Translations under genes and position numbers: made by a program
Shown here: positions 27,834-36,692 of the stretch, piece by piece
How positions within the stretch are numbered: the first letter of the stretch is position 1
Layout: each line of letters opens with the position of its first letter
IMG/VR virus record: IMGVR_UViG_3300007540_000013
Span: 35,006 to 99,005 of that record
DNA from: a virus
DNA length: 64,000 nt
Reading direction: 5' to 3' (one strand)
The notes under the pieces: model-generated
Told to the model about the DNA's origin: nothing
Database searches by the model: none
Seen by the model: the letters and a program-made list of their open reading frames with translations, nothing else

Positions 27834-29126
27834 ATGCAGAAAAGTTTATTAGATTTATTTGAAGTTACTAAAGAGGATATGAATCCTGAATTAAAGAAGT
27901 ACCGTCTATATTGCGACATGGACGGAGTACTTTGTGACTTTAAGTATCGTTTCGAATACCTATTTGGTAAAGGTCCTAGAGAGATTGAAGCTGAGAAAGG
28001 AGCACCATACTTCTGGGGAATGATTAGAAGAGTGGGAGCTAAATTCTGGTCAGGTATGCCTTGGACTCCTTCAGGCCGTCAATTATGGTCTGCTATCAAA
28101 GGATATGAGACTAAACTACTTACTGCACCTCCTCGAGCTTACAGAGACTTCAGTAACTTTGACGAATCAGCAGTTCAAGGAAAAACAGAATGGGCACAAC
28201 GTAACTTAGGGTTAAGTGCTAGTGACGTTTTATTTAAAAGATCAAAAGATAAGCAAGAAATTGCAACTAAGGATATATCAGAAGGATTTATTCCTATCTT
28301 GATAGATGATAGAATAGATAATATTAACAACTGGAAAGCAGCAGGAGGTATCGGTATACATCATCCGGAGAACACATCTGATATTTCTCCAGTTTTAGAA
28401 AGATTAAGAAAGTTATACAAAGAAGATCCTGCAGACGATACTGAGAAAGAAGTAATTAAAGAGCAGGTAGAGAAAATAAAATTTAAGCAATCTACTTTAA
28501 ACTACAGTACCGTATCTTTAGAACCTTATATTGATAAGGAGACAATGGAAGAGCATTACGGAAGACACTTTAAAGGATATACTGATAAACTCAACGCAGA
28601 ACTAAAAGAGAAAAATATCATCATTGAAGCTGAAGATCAGATTGAAGCTATTCAAAAGATTTTAAGTAAGTACTCTAGTAACGATAAGATTAGAAATAAC
28701 GGCGGCGGATTTTACAACCACGTACTCTACTTTGATAATATGACTCCTACTTACAAAGCACCTTCAGCAAAGTTTAGGAGGTTATTAGAAGAGCATTTCG
28801 ACTCTTTCTCTGAATTCAAACAGCAATTTAAAGACGCTGGATTGAAGCAGTTTGGCTCCGGATGGGTATTCTTAGTAGAAAAAAGAAATAAGTTAATTAT
28901 TGAATCTTACGCTAATCAAGATAATCCTTATTTGGATAATCGATTTAAAGGTACTATCTTATTAGCAATGGATGTATGGGAACACTCATACTATTTAAAA
29001 CACAGATCTAGAAGAGAAGGTTACATCAACGACTTCCTTAGAGTAGTTGATTATAGCGTTGCTGAAAAAAGATCTAAACTGTTACAAAAAAGAGATGAGC
29101 GAAAGTCAACTGAAGAAGGAATTTGA
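27834..29126 (+). CDS. HAD 5'(3')-deoxyribonucleotidase fused to Mn-type superoxide dismutase
   Basis: YCDMDGVLCDF, LLTAP, LIDDR; LEPYID..TM..H, NNGGGFYNH, FGSGW, NQDNP, DVWEHSYY. Confidence 0.9.
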   Translation: MQKSLLDLFEVTKEDMNPELKKYRLYCDMDGVLCDFKYRFEYLFGKGPREIEAEKGAPYFWGMIRRVGAKFWSGMPWTPSGRQLWSAIKGYETKLLTAPPRAYRDFSNFDESAVQGKTEWAQRNLGLSASDVLFKRSKDKQEIATKDISEGFIPILIDDRIDNINNWKAAGGIGIHHPENTSDISPVLERLRKLYKEDPADDTEKEVIKEQVEKIKFKQSTLNYSTVSLEPYIDKETMEEHYGRHFKGYTDKLNAELKEKNIIIEAEDQIEAIQKILSKYSSNDKIRNNGGGFYNHVLYFDNMTPTYKAPSAKFRRLLEEHFDSFSEFKQQFKDAGLKQFGSGWVFLVEKRNKLIIESYANQDNPYLDNRFKGTILLAMDVWEHSYYLKHRSRREGYINDFLRVVDYSVAEKRSKLLQKRDERKSTEEGI

Positions 29127-29670
29127 TTCAAAAGCAGTCAATCGAGTTAGAAACTTAGTTAAGAAGGATTTCACCAGCCGAACCACAATCGGAACAGGTT
29201 ACTCTAAGAAGAGAGAGAAGCATAGCGAAGGTGCCATCTGGGAAGAAGATGGTAGAACCTGGACTATTAAAAACGGTGTTAAACAAAATATAACTAAGCT
29301 AGACTCCGCAAAAAAAACTCAACAAATACCTCTTACCTGCCCTAAGTGTAGAGGATCCATGAAACATCACCTAGCTAAGAAGATGTATAAAATTCACGGT
29401 TTTTGTTTCGACTGTACCATTGAAATGGAGGCAGACTTGCGAAAAGCTGGATTATACGAGAAGTATGAGAAGACTATGATGAGAGGTAATATGGAAGCTT
29501 GGGCTGATGGATTAGAACAATGGGTACAAGACACCCTTACAGAGTCTATGACTTATGTAACTGAGGAAGGCGACGTAGAAGACTGGAAAAACAATACTCA
29601 GAAGCAAAAACAAGAACTGCTTACCGGTATGAATGAGTACCTTAAGCACCTTAAGAAGCATATGGAGTAA
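29095..29670 (+). CDS. Zinc-finger protein
   Basis: CPKC..CFDC; ATG at 29095 preferred to TTG at 29047. Confidence 0.75.
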   Translation: MSESQLKKEFDSKAVNRVRNLVKKDFTSRTTIGTGYSKKREKHSEGAIWEEDGRTWTIKNGVKQNITKLDSAKKTQQIPLTCPKCRGSMKHHLAKKMYKIHGFCFDCTIEMEADLRKAGLYEKYEKTMMRGNMEAWADGLEQWVQDTLTESMTYVTEEGDVEDWKNNTQKQKQELLTGMNEYLKHLKKHME

Positions 29671-29691
29671 CTATTTATAAAGAAATTCTCT

Positions 29692-30876
29692 ATGCTTTTA
29701 ACAGAATCTAAACTAACAGAAGTATTAACGGAAGGATTGAAGTACCATCTTGATACTAGAACCCCGTTATATGAAAATGTATACCGCCCAGGTTCAGAAG
29801 CATACTTCTCTACTATTAAACAAGCACGTCATTTAATGAATAAAGGCATCCTTACGGAATTATGTTTGGAGGATACAGAACTTTTATTCGAAACTGAGGT
29901 AGGAGAGTATGGAGAGTTTGAAGGTAAGAGAGTACCTCTAGATTTTCCGATGATCACCGAAGCAGTAGTTGTCACTGAACCTCAAACCACAGAATATACT
30001 CAAGCATGGAATACTGCTAAACAAGATGAGTTTATTAGGGGTATCGTTGAAAAAGAAGCTAGAAAGAAAAATATGGAGCCATATAACGCATGGTTAGACA
30101 TGGCTAGCAAAGGTAAAGCAGCAGGCGGAGCTGCATACACAGTAGGAGCTGCATCAATATCACAGTACTTATCAGAAGAAGATATGAACCCAGACGCTGA
30201 CGTTTCTAAAGTAATGCCTATCTTAGCAGAGTTTATGTTAGAAGGTAATAAGAAATACGTTATTTTAGCCGGTCAAGATACTTTTAGAGAGATTCAAACT
30301 GAAAACATAGATGTATGGGTAGTAGATTTAACCATCTATCAGGAAGATTCTAAAGAAACTATTGCAGAAGCTCTTAGTGAATATGTTGATTACGAACCTA
30401 AATATTTTGCTACTTGGTTTAGAGTATTAAAAGATATTGTGAGTAAGACTGAAGAGGATGTACACTATTACATGAAAGACCTATCAGCACCAGCTCACAA
30501 AGCTGCCAAGTACTTTTTAAACTTTTTTGAGAAAAACCCAGGTGTTCGAGAAAAGCTTCGTAATAGCATGGGAATGACTGAAGCAAAATATAAAGGTAAA
30601 GAGGTTAAGCTCAACAAGCCAATGAGAAGCTCTGGTCCTAAAAAGTACAAAGTATACACTAAGAACGATAAAGGAAACGTTGTAGTAGTAAACTTTGGAG
30701 ATGCTAAAGGAGGATTAACAGCTAAGATCAATAACGCTAAAGCTCGCAAAGCATTCTCAGACCGTCACAACTGCCCAGCTAAAAAAGATAAAACTAAAGC
30801 AGGATACTGGTCTTGCCGATTACCAAGATATGCAAGTTTACTCGGACTTAAATCAAGCTTTGGAGGGTACTGGTAG
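29692..30876 (+). CDS. Multidomain late protein with basic C-terminal domain (VNFGD..RHNC..AGYWSC)
   Basis: Late promoter at 29672; C-terminal domain typical of T4-like aquatic phages. Confidence 0.75.
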   Translation: MLLTESKLTEVLTEGLKYHLDTRTPLYENVYRPGSEAYFSTIKQARHLMNKGILTELCLEDTELLFETEVGEYGEFEGKRVPLDFPMITEAVVVTEPQTTEYTQAWNTAKQDEFIRGIVEKEARKKNMEPYNAWLDMASKGKAAGGAAYTVGAASISQYLSEEDMNPDADVSKVMPILAEFMLEGNKKYVILAGQDTFREIQTENIDVWVVDLTIYQEDSKETIAEALSEYVDYEPKYFATWFRVLKDIVSKTEEDVHYYMKDLSAPAHKAAKYFLNFFEKNPGVREKLRNSMGMTEAKYKGKEVKLNKPMRSSGPKKYKVYTKNDKGNVVVVNFGDAKGGLTAKINNAKARKAFSDRHNCPAKKDKTKAGYWSCRLPRYASLLGLKSSFGGYW

Positions 30877-31171
30877 ACCTTACCGGAATCTTTCGGTAAC
30901 TAAGGACTGTATAATAAGGAGCTTTTCTTCCGATGTAGATCCTGAAGAGCTTAAATGGCATCAGGATGATGAAGATAGATGGATAACAGTCTTAGAATGT
31001 GGTAAAGACTGGGGCTTTCAATACGACAATGAGTTACCTCATCGTTTAGAGCCTGGAGATATGCTATTTATAGAAAGGCACGAATGGCACCGAGTTATTA
31101 AAGGAGAAGGTGACTTGGTGATAAAAATAAATTTAGATGACGAAGGATTCTTTCAACAAGAAAAAAACTAA
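30830..31171 (+). CDS. Cupin-fold protein (start uncertain)
   Basis: LKWHQDDEDR ... LEPGD.LFIERHEWHRV. Confidence 0.7.
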   Translation: MQVYSDLNQALEGTGRPYRNLSVTKDCIIRSFSSDVDPEELKWHQDDEDRWITVLECGKDWGFQYDNELPHRLEPGDMLFIERHEWHRVIKGEGDLVIKINLDDEGFFQQEKN

Positions 31172-31349
31172 GAGCGATATATACGCTTTTATGCGAGAGC
31201 TTATCGAAGAAGTTCTTGCTGAAGAGAAGCCTGGATTATGGGCTAATATTAGAGCTAAAAGAGCTAGAGGTGAAAAACCAGCTCACAAAAACTCTAAAGC
31301 TCATAAAGATGCTGTTAAAGCAGGAAAAGAGATCAATAAAAATAGCTGA
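31137..31349 (+). CDS. Small basic protein (GLWANIRAKRARG), putative internal head protein
   Basis: EVLAE motif followed by a basic domain. Confidence 0.7.
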   Translation: MTKDSFNKKKTKSDIYAFMRELIEEVLAEEKPGLWANIRAKRARGEKPAHKNSKAHKDAVKAGKEINKNS

Positions 31350-31444
31350 TGAAATTTCCTACTCCGTTTTTACCGAAGAAGAACTACGTCAGGGGATGTA
31401 GGAAATCAAATATAATGTTTTTGTAGTTTCCATTATACAGCTAT
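31342..31444 (+). ncRNA. Candidate structured cis-acting RNA (three-way junction with loop-loop pairing)
   Basis: P1 ATAGCTG/CAGCTAT, P2 ATTTCCTAC/GTAGGAAAT, P3 TATAATG/CATTATA; loop pairing GAACTACG/TGTAGTTT. Confidence 0.6.
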
Positions 31445-31673
31445 GACTAGAGAAAGACTAACAGAGATTATTAAAGAGGTACTTGCAGAGATGCAAGAAG
31501 CTAAAGATGTTCATAAAGCAATGAACCCAGGCATCTTATCTAAAGACTCTAGTTTAAAAGGAGAAGATGGTAAGATCAAGATATCAAAAGTAAGACAGAA
31601 ACTAAGTAGCATGAAAGACAAAGGTAGTACCAAAGCTAAGGCTTTGCGTAGATTTATTAACTACCACGATTAA
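31443..31673 (+). CDS. Small basic protein, putative internal head protein
   Basis: MTRERLTEIIKEVLAE leader; NPGIL motif. Confidence 0.75.
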   Translation: MTRERLTEIIKEVLAEMQEAKDVHKAMNPGILSKDSSLKGEDGKIKISKVRQKLSSMKDKGSTKAKALRRFINYHD

Positions 31674-31701
31674 TCGCTATTTATAAAGAAACAATATAAT
31701 C

Positions 31702-32679
31702 ATGGCCGTATCTTTCAATAAAGAAGTCATTTCAGAAGCTATTCAAGAAGTATTAGCAGAGAAAACTATTATTGCATCAAAAGCAAAAAAGATGCAACAG
31801 CAGCAAGACGTCGCTAAAGACCCAAGTATCCCGTCATCTGTTAAACCAGCAGTTAAAAAGGCTTTAGATCAGGCTACAGACGGTGAAGAGATCGAAGTTC
31901 CAACAAATGAAACACTCTCAGTAGGTCATGTTGATGATGAACCCGGTATGTTAAAACAGTTTGCTTTTGATACCGCTGAGTATGCTGCTAAACTTTATAA
32001 GTTACTTCATCACTACGAACAAATGGAAGATCATGTAGATTTTCCTAACTGGTGGCAACACAAGGTAATGATGGCTAGAGAGTATATGTCCAAAGCTACT
32101 CATTACTTAGAATTTGAAGCTATGAAGCCACACATTGATGCAGCAGTAGACGGACACTCTGAAGAAGATTTAGACGAAGCTAGAGATTATCAAGCACTAG
32201 TTGGAAAAGAGGTTATGTTCGGCAGTAGACTAGCCGCAGTAGTAGGAGAAGAAGGAGATTACATTAGATTAAAATTTGAAGACGGAAAAGAGAATTTAGT
32301 TACTAAGAAAGACTTCGAAAACAAACAACCTGGCGTAAACGAAGAAGAAGAGATTGATGATTCAAAATTCTCTAAGAAGGATGCTAAGAAAGAAAAAGGC
32401 TTTGTAGCACAATCATCAGCAGATCAAGCAAAAGCAGCTTTTAAGAAAAAATTAGATCCTGTTCTTGCTGCATTAGAGAAGAAAGGTGTTATTTCAAGAG
32501 TAGACGGTAAGAGAAAAATTAACGATGTGGATGCTTATAAAAAAGCAATCGCAGCAATTAGCGAAGTATTAGCTGAAAATAAAGCTACTTGTTGTGGTAA
32601 GTGTGGTAGAACACACGTCAAAGGTACTGAATGCAAAAAACCTTTTTTAACAGGACAAGATCACTGTAGAGTAAGATAA
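31702..32679 (+). CDS. Mosaic late protein, putative internal head protein
   Basis: Late promoter at 31678; EVLAE twice; C-terminal CCGKCG..H..C. Confidence 0.75.
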   Translation: MAVSFNKEVISEAIQEVLAEKTIIASKAKKMQQQQDVAKDPSIPSSVKPAVKKALDQATDGEEIEVPTNETLSVGHVDDEPGMLKQFAFDTAEYAAKLYKLLHHYEQMEDHVDFPNWWQHKVMMAREYMSKATHYLEFEAMKPHIDAAVDGHSEEDLDEARDYQALVGKEVMFGSRLAAVVGEEGDYIRLKFEDGKENLVTKKDFENKQPGVNEEEEIDDSKFSKKDAKKEKGFVAQSSADQAKAAFKKKLDPVLAALEKKGVISRVDGKRKINDVDAYKKAIAAISEVLAENKATCCGKCGRTHVKGTECKKPFLTGQDHCRVR

Positions 32680-32680
32680 G

Positions 32681-33295
32681 ATGAATAAGCAAGAGTTAAA
32701 AGATATTATCGAAGAAGCTTACTACGAAGTATTAGCAACAGGCTTACTCTTTGAAGCTGAAGGCGATGAAGAGGTACCGGAAGAAACTCCTGATACTGAA
32801 TTTGCTGATACTGAAGAAGTAGAAGCAGCAGAAGACGAAGTTACTGATCCAACCCCGGAGATCTTAGCTAAGTTTCCAACATTAAAGAAGACCTTAGTGC
32901 ATTTAATGACTCCTGAATTCGAAGAGTTTGTGGAAAAGATTGGATGGATGTCTCCTAAACCATCTACATTTAAAGTAGAGTTTAAAAACGGCCAAGACTT
33001 CCAATTAAAGTGGATGGGTAAAGGCTTTCAAGCTACTGTAGAAGGTAAACGTTACTACTTAACAAACGTATCAGAATACCAACAATGTTTAGATAAGATC
33101 GGACATATGTTAGCATCAGGACCTATAACAGATCAATTTGCCGATGATACTTCTGGAGAAGATGTATTTGGTGCCGAAGGTGGCGGAGGAGAGTTTCCTG
33201 GAGCAGAAGCAGGTACAGATGTAGGAGCTGATACTGGAGCAGAAACCCCAGCAGCAAGCGGCGAAGAAGATGTATTCGCAGGCGTAGAGTCATAA
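32681..33295 (+). CDS. Acidic late protein
   Basis: MNKQELKDIIEEAYYEVL leader; E/G/A-rich tails. Confidence 0.75.
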   Translation: MNKQELKDIIEEAYYEVLATGLLFEAEGDEEVPEETPDTEFADTEEVEAAEDEVTDPTPEILAKFPTLKKTLVHLMTPEFEEFVEKIGWMSPKPSTFKVEFKNGQDFQLKWMGKGFQATVEGKRYYLTNVSEYQQCLDKIGHMLASGPITDQFADDTSGEDVFGAEGGGGEFPGAEAGTDVGADTGAETPAASGEEDVFAGVES

Positions 33296-33298
33296 CAA

Positions 33299-34498
33299 AT
33301 GGATATACTAGATAAACTCATACAAGAGTGGTCATGGAGAACAGAAAAAGGTTATCCTGATCTCACTAACGAAGATGATCTTAAAATCTTAAGAGAAGTT
33401 TTCGGTATAGATCTAACTGAAGCTTATACCGAATTCCCTACCTCTGTTGAACAGATAAGCAATCCCAAGGTAGCAGAACTATTTAAAATAGTAAAATCCT
33501 TCCCTGGATTAAAGATAGAAGATCCAATAGCACTGGATCCTGTTAAGAAAAATAGCCCTAAAATAACAAGAGCCTTAAAGAATAATAGAGACTTTATAGA
33601 GCATCTAGAAAACGAGCTAGGGATTGAAATAGAGGATCCTAACGAACTTATCAGATGGAACGGTCTTTCCATTAGTTTTGGAGAAGGTTCAAGAGGTGGT
33701 AGAGGCGTTAACAGCAAAGGTTTAAAGTTTGAGGAAGAGATTGCTCAAGACTTAAACAACTATAAAGCAGGAACTGAAGAATACATACATTCTGAACTTA
33801 CTAAATCAATCATAAGAGAATTCTCACTAACTCCTACTAACTTCAGTGTTAAGAGTGAAGGCGGAGAAAATAAGAGAAGGCCCTTAGAGTTTACAGAGAA
33901 AGGTCCGATCGTAGGATTCGCAGAAGAGAATTTAGCTGCAACACTTACTGACTTAACGATTCTCAAAGGATCAGAAACAATATACCTTTCTCTAAAATTC
34001 GGAGGAACTCTAACATTCTTTAACTCCGGAGTTGCTGTGACTGTTTTCCCAAAAGATGATTTCTCCGATGGTAAGATAGACACTCCGAACGGCGTATCCC
34101 TTTTAGATACTTTTGGTATCGACAATGAACTATTTTGTAGAGTATTTAATGAATACAAAGAAGATGGATCCGGTCCTGACTTTTCACAATACCATAAAGT
34201 TACTACTGACTACGACAAAGAGAAACTATTCAGATTAGTAGAAAGCGGTATAGGTACAGGTTACTATATGCTAAAAGGAGGTAGAACGACTGAATTTTTC
34301 TTCGTAGGAGACGAATATAATAAAGCAGCATCACAGCCTACTTCCGGTATAGAAATACAGTATGGAGGTAAAACAGGTAAAGGTAAGAGAATAGATATTG
34401 TATTTGAATCTGAAAAATATAAATTCAAAATCAATATTCGAAACAAACAAGGAAAGCTGTACCCATCACATATTATGTGTGATTACAGGAAAAAATAA
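33299..34498 (+). CDS. Putative PD-(D/E)XK-like nuclease with EWSWR..GYPD leader
   Basis: GLKFEEEI ... LTDLTI ... IYLSLK resembles a restriction-endonuclease-like core. Confidence 0.5.
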   Translation: MDILDKLIQEWSWRTEKGYPDLTNEDDLKILREVFGIDLTEAYTEFPTSVEQISNPKVAELFKIVKSFPGLKIEDPIALDPVKKNSPKITRALKNNRDFIEHLENELGIEIEDPNELIRWNGLSISFGEGSRGGRGVNSKGLKFEEEIAQDLNNYKAGTEEYIHSELTKSIIREFSLTPTNFSVKSEGGENKRRPLEFTEKGPIVGFAEENLAATLTDLTILKGSETIYLSLKFGGTLTFFNSGVAVTVFPKDDFSDGKIDTPNGVSLLDTFGIDNELFCRVFNEYKEDGSGPDFSQYHKVTTDYDKEKLFRLVESGIGTGYYMLKGGRTTEFFFVGDEYNKAASQPTSGIEIQYGGKTGKGKRIDIVFESEKYKFKINIRNKQGKLYPSHIMCDYRKK

Positions 34499-34518
34499 AA
34501 GGTATATATTTATATATA

Positions 34519-35094
34519 ATGAGAGGTTTTAAATTCGAACATATTGTAATCTTAATATTAGGGGTATGTCTCTTATGGCTAACACAATGCCGTAGAACAA
34601 AACCTATTACAGAAGAGATTGTAAAAACAGAGGTTGTAACTAAATGGGATACCGTAGAAGTTGCTAAGACTGAATACATTCCTAAGATCGTAGAAAGGTT
34701 AGTAGTAAATATAGACACCTTTTCAATACCTATCGACACAGTTTCAGTACTAAAGGACTATTATGCAAAATACTTCTATACTGATACTATTCAGATAGAT
34801 ACATTAGGTTCTATAGTGATAAATGATACTATCACTCGTAACTTAATCTCAATGAGAGATGTACAATCCAACATTTTCATCCCAACAACTACAATTACTA
34901 ATACTGTTTACCTCAACAGGAGGGAATTTTACGGCGGTATTTCGTTAACTGGACAACCTACTCAATTAGATTTTATCAACGGAGAGTTACTATACAAAGG
35001 TAAGAAGAGAAACGCTTACGGTATAGGGGTAGGTATCAATCAAGAGCTTGTACCTATCTATACTTTCAAAGTATTTTGGAAGATAGGTAAATGA
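34519..35094 (+). CDS. Membrane protein, possible spanin-like lysis protein
   Basis: N-terminal TM helix, Thr/Val beta stalk, C-terminal amphipathic beta strands ending VFWKIGK. Confidence 0.5.
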   Translation: MRGFKFEHIVILILGVCLLWLTQCRRTKPITEEIVKTEVVTKWDTVEVAKTEYIPKIVERLVVNIDTFSIPIDTVSVLKDYYAKYFYTDTIQIDTLGSIVINDTITRNLISMRDVQSNIFIPTTTITNTVYLNRREFYGGISLTGQPTQLDFINGELLYKGKKRNAYGIGVGINQELVPIYTFKVFWKIGK

Positions 35095-36662
35095 GCCAGC
35101 ACGACGTAAAAAAAATAGTAATACAAGAATACGCTAAGTGTGCAAAGGATCCTGCATATTTTATGCGCAAGTATTGCTACATTCAACATCCTCAGAGAGG
35201 ACGTATCTTATTTAACTTATATCCTTTCCAAGATAAGGTATTACACTTATTTAAAGATCATCAATACTTAATTACTCTTAAATCAAGACAGCTAGGTATA
35301 TCTACTTTAGCAGCTGGATACAGTTTATGGTTGATGATCTTCCACAAAGATAAGAACGTACTCGCATTAGCAACTACTCAAGCTACAGCTAGGAACCTTG
35401 TAACTAAAGTACAATTTATGTACGAACAGTTACCAAGCTGGTTACAGTTAAAGGCAGTAGAAAAGAACAAACTATCGTTAAGATTAAAAAACGGCTCAAG
35501 AATATCAGCCAAATCATCTAACTCAGATGCTGCTCGTTCAGAAGCTGTATCTTTACTTATAATAGATGAAGCTGCATTTATCGACAACATAGACGAAACC
35601 TTCGCATCAGCACAACAGACCCTTGCAACAGGTGGTCAGTGTATGGCTCTATCAACTCCCAACGGAATCGGTAACTGGTTTCATCAGACCTGGGAAAAAG
35701 CCGAAACTGGTGAGAATAGTTTTATCCCGATCAGACTACCGTGGACTGTTCACCCTGAAAGAAATCAAATGTGGAGAGATCTACAAGATGCTGACCTAGG
35801 TCCTAGGATGGCTGCTCAAGAGTGTGACTGTGATTTTCTATCTTCCGGTGATACGGTATTTGAACCTGAAGACTTAATCTTCTACGAAACAACAGCTCAA
35901 AACGATCCTGTTGAAAAACGAGGAGTAAGTGGAGACTACTGGATATGGGAATACCCAGATTACACCAAATCGTATATGGTAGTCGCCGATGTCGCTAGAG
36001 GAGACGGACAAGATTTCTCCGCATTTCATGTATTCGATATTGAATCAGCATCACAAGTTGCTGAATTTAAGAGCAAGGTACCTCCTAAAGAATACGGTAA
36101 CTTACTGGTAGGAGTAGCAACAGAGTACAATAACGCACTACTAGTTGTAGAAAATGCAAATATCGGATGGTCTACTATTGAACAGATTATCGAAAGAGAT
36201 TATCAGAACTTCTACTACTCCTCTAAATCGGATCAAGATACAGTAGAGACGTATATGAATAAAATGGAGAGAGGAAACCTTACTCCCGGTTTTACGATGT
36301 CTATGAGAACCAGGCCACTAGTCATTGCTAAGATGATGGACTATGTTAGAGAAAGATCTGTGACTATAAAATCTCAACGTCTATTAAAAGAGATGAGAGT
36401 ATTTGTATGGAAGAACGGTAAAGCTCAAGCACAGACTAACTACAATGATGACTTGGTAATGGCTTTTGCAACAGGACTTTACGTTAGAGATACAGCACTA
36501 AGACTAAGACAACAAGGTATGGACCTCTCCAGAGCTAGTCTATCAGCTATGTCAAATTTAAATCAAAGACAAGGAGCTGCATATTCAGTTGGTAATATGC
36601 AAAATAATCCTTATATTATGAAAACCCCTAATGGAGAAGAGGACGTATCCTGGTTACTTTAG
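35091..36662 (+). CDS. gp17: Terminase large subunit (T4 gp17-like)
   Basis: LYPFQ, KSRQLGIST, IIDEAAF, STPNG, ADVARGDGQD, DDLVMA. Confidence 0.97.
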   Translation: MSQHDVKKIVIQEYAKCAKDPAYFMRKYCYIQHPQRGRILFNLYPFQDKVLHLFKDHQYLITLKSRQLGISTLAAGYSLWLMIFHKDKNVLALATTQATARNLVTKVQFMYEQLPSWLQLKAVEKNKLSLRLKNGSRISAKSSNSDAARSEAVSLLIIDEAAFIDNIDETFASAQQTLATGGQCMALSTPNGIGNWFHQTWEKAETGENSFIPIRLPWTVHPERNQMWRDLQDADLGPRMAAQECDCDFLSSGDTVFEPEDLIFYETTAQNDPVEKRGVSGDYWIWEYPDYTKSYMVVADVARGDGQDFSAFHVFDIESASQVAEFKSKVPPKEYGNLLVGVATEYNNALLVVENANIGWSTIEQIIERDYQNFYYSSKSDQDTVETYMNKMERGNLTPGFTMSMRTRPLVIAKMMDYVRERSVTIKSQRLLKEMRVFVWKNGKAQAQTNYNDDLVMAFATGLYVRDTALRLRQQGMDLSRASLSAMSNLNQRQGAAYSVGNMQNNPYIMKTPNGEEDVSWLL

Positions 36663-36692
36663 TGGGCCTATTTATAATTAAACTATTTTTAC

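Noticed and set aside
31216-31401. Overlapping + strand ORF in the track (similarly 1639, 38164, 44094)
   Set aside because: Out-of-frame overlaps within better-supported genes, with no start context
31346-31444. Hammerhead ribozyme (CTGATGA at the junction) or SECIS read-through of TGA TGA
   Set aside because: Stem II is followed by CAAA rather than GAAA and the NUH site geometry does not fit; read-through would meet an in-frame TAA before the next ORF
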